Positions 54,704-64,000 of a stretch of DNA of 64,000 bases are shown here, piece after piece; positions within the stretch are counted from its first letter, which is position 1, and every line of letters starts with the position of its first letter. The stretch is from Macrostomum lignano. Lineage: Eukaryota. The notes beneath the pieces are model-generated. The model was not told the origin of the DNA. It worked only from the letters and a program-made list of their open reading frames with translations, and made no database searches. The DNA lies in assembly GCA_002269645.1 (NCBI GenBank), contig NIVC01003140.1, forward strand, positions 1 to 64,000, given 5' to 3'. A program made the position numbers and the translations under genes.

Positions 54704-54946
54704 GGCCTACCTGCCTTTTTATAGATCATACATAGAATATTATTGACTTAGGGCCTACTTTATTAGAAAATCCAGAAGGTCGGATTTTTCCAATAAGCGC
54801 TAGTGTATTCAGTACACCCCTGTGCGCCAATCAGCACTGCGCCTTAGTGCAGCCTTGCCAAGTCTGACCAAATTTCATGTGTAGCATCATACACTAGAAT
54901 ATTGGAGCTGAACAGGTGGCACTTAGGGCCTACTTTATTAGAAAAT

Positions 54947-55846
54947 CCAGAAGGTCGGATTTTTCCCATAAGCGCTAGTGTATTCAGTACACCCCTGTGC
55001 GCCAATCAGCACTGCGCCTTAGTGCAGCCTTGCCAAGTCTCCAAATTTCATCAGCACGTCGACCACATGTGTCTGCATCAGCTCTGACTTCGTTGGTCAC
55101 TAGCCTTCACCCAGGTGGAGCTTCTGGACCCTCAACAGGTGGCACCAGGTGACTATGGACACCCTGATGCGGATTTCTCTAGTTTATAGTCACCTGGTGT
55201 AATCTGTTGAAGATGCCGATGGCATCCGGGTGATGGCTGAATGTTTGACTGACTAGCTGAGGATGTCCTGCAGTTGATTTTTGCCCACTGTCGAGGCTTG
55301 ATCAGCGAAACTAGAGAAATTCTTATCAGGCTGTCCATAGTCACTTGGTGTAATCTGTTGAAGGACCGACGGCGTCGGGATGATGACGGAATGCTTGAGA
55401 GACTAGCTGAGAATGTCTGGTGGTTGATTCTTGCCCACTGTCGAGGCCTGATTGGCGAAACTAGAGAAATCAGCATCAGGCTGTCCATAGTCACTTGGTG
55501 TAATCTGTTGAAGGAGCCGACGGCGTCAGGATGATGACGGAATGCTTGAGAGACTAGCTGAGAATGTCTGGCGGTTGATTCTTGCCCACTGTCGAGGCTT
55601 GTTCGCGAAACTAGAGAAATCCACATCAGGGTGTCCATAGTCACCTGGTGCCACCTGTTGAGGGTCCAGAAGCTCCACCTGGGTGAAGGCTAGTGACCAA
55701 CGAAGTCAGAGCTGATGCAGACACATGTGGTCGATGTGCTGATGAAATTTGGAGACTTGGCAAGGCTGCACTAAGGCGCAGTGCTGATTGGCGCACAGGG
55801 GTGTACTGAATACACTAGCGCTTATGGGAAAAATCCAACCTTCTGG
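54947..55846. repeat. Fold-back structure: 239-bp inverted repeats enclosing three ~150-bp tandem units
   Basis: 54947-55185 is the reverse complement of 55608-55846 with 3 mismatches. Internal units start at 55186, 55337 and 55486 (periods 151, 149, 148). 54746-54868 is a partial direct copy of 54921-55043. Confidence 0.93.
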
Positions 55847-57080
55847 CAGAATCGTCATATATCTCGACGGTCCGGGGGCTGGCAACTTGATTCTTGTTTG
55901 AGAAGGTGTGCAACAAAAAGTTAGCCCGTGATCTTAAATTTTGTGGGCCTGCATTGCTCCATTCCAGCATAGCAAAAAAATTGTCAGGGGGGGGGGGAAA
56001 TTCCCTGACAATTCGAATTTGTCAGGGAGGGGGGAAATTCCCCCCCCCTCTTGGTAGTTCTACTGTTAAGTAATAGGCAATTGTAAAGAAAAAATTGTAT
56101 CATCTACAAAAGAAACATTTGACTGCTCTAAGTGCTTATGTATACATTTCTAGTTATATTAAGAAAGAGTAAGATGGGATATTATATTAACCTTCTTAAT
56201 TAAAGACCAAACTATCAAATATTCATCTAAATATTCTCTAGTTAGAAATGTATCTATGCCCATAGATTGCTTGAATGTCTATTAGACAACAATATGTTTT
56301 AGCAAGATAAAGCATTAGCATATAACATTTTGATTTTTTATTATTTAATCTATTAGAACCCAGTGAAATAGACCCTAAGCATTCTGATATCTCCATTTAT
56401 AAAATTTGGTCAAGTAGGCAAATAATAAACTTATAGTAGTTTTAGTGTCCTCATTTTTATTTAATGTTTTATATCAGATGGTGATTTTTCAAAGCAAAAT
56501 AACAACAGAGCCTTATGCATAGAAAAAATATATTACTAGACAAACTAAGATAGGCTTAGTGTATCAATAAATAGAGTACTACAAGCTGTTGAAACCCGCA
56601 GATTTTGAACCCAGGGAATTCCAATACCTGGAACTACTTTTGCATGTATTCTGAAATCTAAGGCCATACACAAACAAAAACTTGTTAATAGTTAGTAGGA
56701 TAGAGGTAGACATAAAAGGGAGCACATTCGTGTAAAATTAGGGTTTGAGACTTTGTTGGCTGGGGTACTGTGCAGAATGTCATGAAAAGTTCATGAAAAG
56801 AATTTGATGAAGTTCTGTTTCACGGAGACGATTTCGATGGCTTTGAGTTTCCCAAAGAGAATTTTGATAGATTTCTATTTTATGGAGAGAATTTTTATGG
56901 ATGTCTGTTTGGCAGAGAGGACTTCAATGGCTGTCAGCTTCATGGAAAGGACTTTGATTTTGTTCTGACTTCTGTTTAATGAAGAGGCTTTTGATGGGGC
57001 TTTGTTCAACGGAGAGGACTTCAAAGTATTTCTGTTTGACAGAGAGGATTTTGATGGATTTGGCACCTTTAGTCAGTCAG

Positions 57081-57662
57081 AGAAAAGAGAGAAAAGAGAA
57101 GAGGGATGATAGGAAAGAGAGTAGATATGAAAGAGGAAAGATTAGAGATGACAGATGGGAGAGAAGAGGGGAGTAAAGCGGGAATGAAGAGGGAGAGAGA
57201 AGAGAAGAGAAGAGAGGAGATGAGAGGGGAGATATGAGATAGCAGAGGAAGACAGGCAAGATGAGAAGAGAGAAGAGAGGAGGGATAAGACTAAGAACGT
57301 ACAGAGGAAATAGAAGAGAGGAAAGAATAGAGGAGAAATAAGAGTGAGATAAGGGAAGAAGGATGAGAAATGAGAGTAGAAGAGAGAGGAGAGAGAAGAG
57401 ATGAGAAAAGAGGGGAGAAAAGAAGAGAGAGGGTAGAGTAGAGGAGAGACAATAGATATGAGGAGATATGAGAAAGGAGAGAAGAGGATGAGTTAAGAGG
57501 GGAGAGATAAGAGAAAAAAGAGGAGACAAAAAAGGGTATAGACGATAGACAAGGGAGAAGAGATAAATAGAGGAGTATGGGTAGAGATGAGATGAGAGAC
57601 AGGAGAGAAAAGAGTCACAATAATAGCAAAGAGAGGAGAGAGGAGATATGAAAGATGTGAGA
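57081..57662. repeat. Purine-rich (GA/GAA/GAGA) low-complexity tract
   Basis: About 580 bp that is overwhelmingly A/G on the + strand. Confidence 0.92.
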
Positions 57663-60574
57663 GTCTTTGAGCTATGGTCTTTAAAAGGTTTTGAAAAGAA
57701 TTTGGAGACGATTTGGAAGATAGGGTTTAAGACATGGAATTTTAGTTGATAGATATTTCAGGAAATGGAATTCCAGTAATGGCAGTTCTTCCCCTTTCTC
57801 CTCCAAAGGAGGAGTTCCACATGTAAAATATAAAAAAATAATGCAAAACCTATAAAACAAATTTATTTTTTAATTAAAAAATATATAGTAAGGGAGTCCA
57901 GTGAGATTTTAATTTTTTTATTTGTCTTCTTTTTGATACCATGTAACAGACATTTGTTGTATGAGTAAAATGACACCTTACTTTTGAATTTTGGTCAAGT
58001 AATAAAAAAGTTATAACACTTATTGTGTTATATTTTTTGACACTTCCGTAATATGGCGTAATGCAATTTTCCCATACGCATAAGGCACTGTGATCATTTT
58101 TGCTGGCCTAAAAGAACTGATTTTCTGAGTTATAAATGATATAGCTTTTGAACTATTCAATAGATTTTCATTCCTTATATGTCAATTTTTAGCTTTTATC
58201 TTGTAGATTATTTTGCATTAGGCCCCCCCTAGTGCTTTGCAAAGTACAACTAATTAATTCCCAATTTTTTTTATTCTCAAAATAATATTAAGCCATTTAT
58301 AGAATTTTAATCCTTACACCATAATTAAGCCACTTTTGTCCTTATATAGATCATCCAGATGTAAAACCAAGCCGATTCAGCTGGCTGGCAAGGGGCCCAG
58401 GCCCAGCCAATGTAAGCTGCAAAAATTCACATTCAAAACATTATTAAAAAAGTAGTACTAATTAGCTGATGAGGCATTTAGCCCTTATAAAACAGTTATA
58501 ATTACTCCTGCCGTTTAGCCAAACATCGGTGCCATTACTGGAGTTGCGGGAAGAGCTGACAATGAGATCATTGTTTCGTCTTGTTTGTATGCCAGTTTAG
58601 ATAATAAAACAGAAGAAAAAAACACCAAACACCATCGATGCATATTTGAAAAAAATTGCCCAACATTTTTTTATTTTAAATGGAAGTTTACATGCATTTT
58701 GGCTCTAACTTTGAATTAATATTGTGTAAATGCGGGAATACTATGCGAGTTTTCTATATTGGAAACAATATTGTAGCCTTTTACAAAGCATCATTTAAAA
58801 GTTCCATAGGTGCTTTTTCAAAGAACAAAAACTCAATAACAAAACTTTGCTGGCCCCTATAAGGGTGTATAAATTTTTTTTACTTTTCAAGTTTACTGTA
58901 GTTAAATATGTACATATTTTATAGTATATATAACCTTTTGTTATATTCCTTTAATTTTGCAATGGTTTTTAATTTTCTAGAAGCATATATTTTTTCCATT
59001 TTTCGGCTTCATTTTATAGATTTATGAAAAAATGCGGGAAGTTTGACCAAGTGTAACTTTTTTTGTACTTGCATGATTTAAACAGATAGACACTCACCAG
59101 AAAGAAAAAATTATCAGCTTTTTAGTTTATATTGTGACTTCTTTATACTGTTTATAGTTTTTATTTTATTCATTTTTAAACTTGATACCTTAAAACTAGT
59201 GGAATTTGCAGTTCATTCCACAATTTACTATTCTGCTACAGCTTCCCCTTTTATTGTGCTATCCTATTTCAATTCTGTTGCAGTTACCACATTTTAATTG
59301 ATACCCTAAAATTATGGCATTGTCCTACATTTCTTGAATTAATTTTTTTTTACTAATTGTTCTTCTGTTTTAGGCTAGTGTAAATCATTGCATATGTTTG
59401 GGCTATTTCTATTTAGGCTAGGCCTATATCTAGGAATTCATCCAGCTGTTTCTATCGGCAACACAAACATCATATGTAAACCATAGACTAGGCCTAGGTG
59501 CCTAGTTAGGAAGAAATCAAGTAGATCAAGAAATTTGGCATAGGCCAGGCCCAGGCCTAGGCCTATATGAATAATTATGAATGTTGGCATACAAAATACA
59601 GAATAATCCATTAGTAAATTGTGCCATCATAGAGTTAGCATATGGTGAAGCTATTGATATGCAGATTGATATCATAATGCTAACTTTATTGTCCCTAAAA
59701 AACAACTTTTTATATTCTAAGTTGTGTCTACTACAAACAACAGGAAAAAGACTTAAAGGTACAAGTTACAGCAAAAATGGCAAAAAGTTGTCTATCATTC
59801 TATTAGGACTAAAACTGACTTTTTAAAGCTTTACTGCAAAAAGATTGTTGCCATTCTGGCTATGTTAGATTTGTCAATAGATAAAGGATAAAAAAGCAAA
59901 AAATAATATAGTATTATTATATATAGTTTGGCCTAAGCTAAATGAAATAGTTCTATAAAAATATTAATAAGAAAGCATCAAATTATTACAACAAATATTA
60001 AAATTTGATCAATTAGACAAATATTCAATTTAAAAAAGTGCTTTGAACTCTAAATTATAGAGATAAGATAAAGAGACATGAGATACTAAGCCTATATAGT
60101 TTTTAGGCAAAATGTTCATAGTGTCTAATAAGCAAATATATTATGAAAAAATAAAAAATTAAGATGTAAAAAGTTTTGTATATATGTTTAGATTTAAAAA
60201 ATACTTAGGTCCTTGCTAAATTTTAATGTTAAAACCTTAGTTTGTATAGTTTTTTATTATTATATTTAATTGATTTTTTTACTATATCCTTTGCCAATAA
60301 CATAACATAAGCTTTATGATTGTATATACAAATAAGGTCTTTTATTATAACAACTAAATTTCTAACAACTAAATTAATAACTTTGTTGTTACAAAGTTAT
60401 TATAACAACTAAATACTTCTCCTACTAGCTATATAATGGGCCAAGAAATGTAGAAAAGTCAAAGAATGTGTTTTTGGGCCATAGCCCTCAAAAAGTCATA
60501 CCCTAAGCTTGATTTAAGGCACTAGCATCAATCAAAAGCAAGTTAAAATATCTCACCATTCACCCTTGGCCAAG

Positions 60575-60850
60575 CTTATAGAGCCCCTGCGGCTGCAGGC
60601 TGTAGCTTGAGCAGCAGCACTTCATATAGTGGGTGAGGTCTAAGTTGTTGTTTGTGCAACAAGTCAGAAGGTTACATCAGGCGTACCCTTGTGTAGAGCA
60701 TGGCATTGGTCTTGCTGCTTGGACTGCTGCACACTGAATGAGCAACAACTAGTTCCATGTGTAGAATCCAGCTGCCTCTCCAAGGTGTTTATGTCTGTCA
60801 AAGTCCAGGTCTCAGTGTTGTACAATAAGACATTTTCAATGGCTGCCTGA
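60575..60850 (-). mobile_element. Old degenerate RTE-like LINE fragment, same family type as 50732-51035
   Basis: Broken minus-strand frames IENVLLYNTETWTLT...ERQLDS and TNAMLYTRV..PSDLL...PHPLYEVLLLKLQ, the latter paralleling LYRRVPSELL...PQPVQEVLLLTLQ. Confidence 0.55.
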
Positions 60851-61084
60851 AACAGCTAAGCCTTAAGTCTGTTATCTAGGGCCTCAGAATGGAGTACAGA
60901 GTATACAGAACAACAGAGCAGCTTAAGTCAGTCCTTGTTGTCTCACCTAAGGCCAAATAGGGCATAGGCCAAAATAACTAAAATGGTGCATAATTATTTC
61001 ATTTGCCATCTTTTTGTCTACTGGCAGACAAAATAACTAATTGAAAATAAGCAGTAAGAGTTTATTTATACTATACCATATCCC

Positions 61085-61400
61085 CCAGGATGTCTCAAAG
61101 CTGCAAGTTGAACTCGTTGTGTTGCCACATTTGCAAGTGATGTTAGTGATCCCCTATGTCATGCTCCCCAAGGGCATCAAGTGGCTGGTGGCACTCGTGC
61201 ACTCCAGGTGCTACAGTTTGCAAACCAAGCGCAAGCTGACAGTGATGGACAGCTTGATGCCCAAGAGGTGCATGCCCTCGTGGCTACTCGGCAGACTGGT
61301 AAAGAAGGCGGCTGACTGTGGGGTGAGGGCAGAGTGCTGCCTGGCCACATCCCTGGGCTCCAAGAGGCTGGCAGACAGCGCCTGATGGCAGGCACAGAAA
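61085..61400 (-). mobile_element. Degenerate non-LTR retrotransposon fragment, CRE/R2-like post-RT region
   Basis: SAAFFTSLPSSHEGMHL...ITVSLRL...C resembles the SGAWL.ALPS..G..L.....IA..LRLG segment of restriction-like-endonuclease LINEs, with several stops. Confidence 0.35.
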
Positions 61401-62181
61401 AGCAGCTCTTGTCAGGAGTAGGTGGCAGGGGGCCCGCAGGTTCTGTGCTGCTCAAGTGCTTTTGAGTTATAAAATATAACTATATATTATAAAGCCTGCC
61501 TTATCTTAAGCCAAGCCTTAACTGTTAGGAACAAATCCTGGATAACATTATATTAAAGTTTGTTGAGCTGATCGGCAAGAATGCTAAACACCCAATTTAG
61601 CATATGCTCACCATCAGCATTACCATGCAGAATATACTGTACACTCTAGACAATACTTGTTTAGCTTTAGATGCCTATAATCAGATAGATGACAGCAAAG
61701 ACCAGAAAGTCTAGGAGTTGTGTTTCTTGAGGGAAGAGGTTCAGCAGAGCAATTTAAGCAATGTTTTAAAAGTCTCAATTTTGAAATGTACTAGTTGCTT
61801 ATATAATATCATTCCTGAGGTACCAAAACATGAGTAAGCTTTCAAGTATTAAGCTCACCTCTTCATAGTCAATTTTAGTCTGTACTTTGCTATTTTAAAA
61901 AAATATTTCAACCTTCAATTTTAAGCTCATGCTTTTCAGCACATATTTTGGATGAAAATGACAAATAAAAGAGGCCAGGAGTTTGTTGACAACAGGCCCA
62001 TTTTTGGTAAATTTTTTCTATCAAATGCACAGCATTTTTGCCCACCAGTTAATGCATTTTATTCCTTAAATCATTAACAGTTAATTTTTAGTATGATAGG
62101 ATTACAGAATTAAGCCAATATTTTCAAAGATGTTGGTAATACACTTGTGTACGAGCGTATACCTATCTATTGCATGAGACA

Positions 62182-63484
62182 ATGACAGTGGAAACCCAAG
62201 CGCTAACAAATGGAGACGATCAATCTCCACAGCAGCATGCTGAACCGCAGCCGCAGCAGCAGCAGCGAAAGCGGGACAAACAGAAGCGCAAGAAGGAGCG
62301 CAGAAAGCAGTCCAGGCAGCAGAGGCGACAGCAGCAGGGCGGTCAGCACGAGAAGCAGCAGGAAGGCAGCGGTTCCGATGGAGAGGACATCGAAGTGGAG
62401 TATGTTTTTGAAGATCCACCTGAGCTGACAGATGTCAAGTTTCGACATTTTAGAAAGATCTTCCAGGTGAGACAGTTTAATGGCTGTTATTTCGTTAGCA
62501 GCCATTTTCCATGACCCTTCACACCTGATCAGCCATTTCCCATCAGCCTCAACACCTGAGCAGCCATTTCCCATCAGCCTTGACACCTGAGCAGCCATTT
62601 CCCATCAGCCTTGACACCTGAGCAGCCATTTCCTATCAGCCTTAACACCTGAGCAGCCATTTCCCATTAGCCTTGACACCTTAGAGGCTTTCGATTTACC
62701 ACAGAAATCGGAGCCTCCATTTACCGCAAGTATCGCCAGTAACGGTGCACCTTAATGCATCCGTGCTTATCGCAACCTGGCAGAATCATTTTAAAACTGA
62801 GGCTCTCCCTAATTAATCTTTCAAACTAACATTTCAAGGCTTTCAGACCCGTCAGCGAGGACTCGGCAGCTGCCTCCGCCTCGGTCAGCCAGGCCAAGCT
62901 CAGCGGCTCGGACACCAACGGTGCTCCTGATACTCTCTCTTCAGCCAATTCTCTGAGCAGCAACCTTGCTCTGCTGAAAGCTCGAGCAGCTGGCATGATG
63001 CAGCAAGATCAAGATGACGATGAGGATGAGATTGCGGCTGCTGCCAAACGCGAGGAGGAGGACGTGCAGAAGATGTCGAAACGGAAGCTGAAGAAGCTAA
63101 CCCGAATGAGCGTTGCGGAGCTCAAGCAGAGCGTGGACCGGCCTGAAGTAGTTGAGATGCACGATGTCTGCTCCAAGGACCCCAAGCTGCTCTGCCTGCT
63201 CAAGGCTTACCGGAATGCCGTGGCCGTTCCTAGGCACTGGTGCGCTAAGCGCAAGTACCTACAGGGCAAGCGCGGCATAGAGAAGCCACCGTTCCAGCTG
63301 CCCGACTTCATCAAGGCCACGGGCATTATGGAGATGCGCGAGACTGGTCAAGAGAAAGACGACGCCAAGACTATGAAGCAGAAGATGCGGGAGCGAGTCC
63401 GCCCGAAAGTGGGCAAGATTGACATCGACTACCAGAAGCTGCACGACGCCTTCTTCAAATACCAGGTCAAGCCGCATCTCACCA
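62182..63484 (+). CDS. SF3B2: Splicing factor 3B subunit 2 (SAP145/Cus1), first two coding exons only
   Basis: Exons 62182-62466 and 62839-63484. KIFQ|AFR, KMSKRKLKKLTRMSVAELKQSVDRPEVVEMHDVCSKDPKLL, RNAVAVPRHWCAKRKYLQGKRGIEKPPFQLPDFIKATGI, RPKVGKIDIDYQKLHDAFFKYQ. Donor GTGAGT at 63485; later exons are not in the window. Confidence 0.96.
62515..62685. repeat. 31-bp minisatellite (ACACCTGAGCAGCCATTTCCCATCAGCCTTG) in SF3B2 intron 1
   Basis: About 5.5 tandem copies (starts at 62521, 62552, 62583 and so on). Confidence 0.93.
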
Positions 63485-64000
63485 GTGAGTTTTTGTCTCG
63501 CAACTATTCCTGTCTTTACTTCTGCAGTCCTTGGAGGGCAGAGCAGCTCACCCGTTGAATACTTTAGCGGGACAAGAATCGCTAGAGTCATTGCAAACAG
63601 CTCACCAGTGACTCTAGCGCTTTAGAGGCAACTCGGTAATTCTACAGCGACTCTGGCACGCCTCAGAGTACAGGGGGCCCGCAGGTTCTGTGCTGCTCAA
63701 GTGCTTTTGAGTTATAAAATATAACTATATAAAAAGCCCCTATCTTAAGCCTGCCTTAAACTGTTAGGAACAAATCCTGGATAACGTTATATTAAAGTTT
63801 GTTGAGCTGATCGGCAAGAATGCTAAACACCCAATTTAGCATATGCTCACCATCAGCATTACCATGCAGAATATACTGTACACTCTAGACAATACTTGTT
63901 TAGCTTTAGATGCCTATAATCAGATAGATGACAGCGAAGACCAGAAAGTCTAGGAGTTGTGTTTCTTGAAGGGAGAGGTTCAGCAGAGCAATTTAAGCAA

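Larger units (their letters stand above)
61426..64000. repeat. Direct repeat pair 61426-61761 and 63671-64000 (continues beyond the window)
   Basis: About 330 bp nearly identical (CAGGGGGCCCGCAGGTTCTGTG...ATTTAAGCAA), offset ~2.24 kb. Confidence 0.95.

Noticed and set aside
55250-55315. CTGAGGA...CGAAAC hammerhead-like core in the 150-bp internal unit
   Set aside because: Stem II closing pair is absent and the core is not conserved in the other two units (CTGAGAA).

Overview
Eukaryotic (metazoan) genomic DNA. The gene style, the 150-bp satellite and the intronic mini/microsatellites resemble the flatworm Macrostomum lignano (inference, not verified). Bases 1-8793 are a highly homogeneous 150-bp tandem satellite. 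9-21 kb is an AT-rich repeat zone holding three nested non-autonomous TIR elements, each with its own 8-bp TSD, an LTR-like duplicated unit and two minisatellites. Genes: DDX3/PL10 (+), SmB/SNRPB (+), mitochondrial-type prolyl-tRNA synthetase PARS2 (+), a selenoprotein-N-like gene lacking the Sec codon (+), CFAP157 (+), TRMT6 (-) and the 5' part of SF3B2 (+). Other mobile DNA: a full-length but disrupted Ngaro-type tyrosine-recombinase retrotransposon with split direct repeats and a SAP-like domain, two tRNA-derived CORE-SINEs, LINE fragments, MITEs and a fold-back element with internal ~150-bp tandem repeats. The best leads are the Sec-less SelN homolog with a CxxxC motif, the triple-nested CCATA-TIR family, the fold-back/150-bp element and CpG-biased decay of repeats. 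All homology calls come from motif recognition, not database searches.
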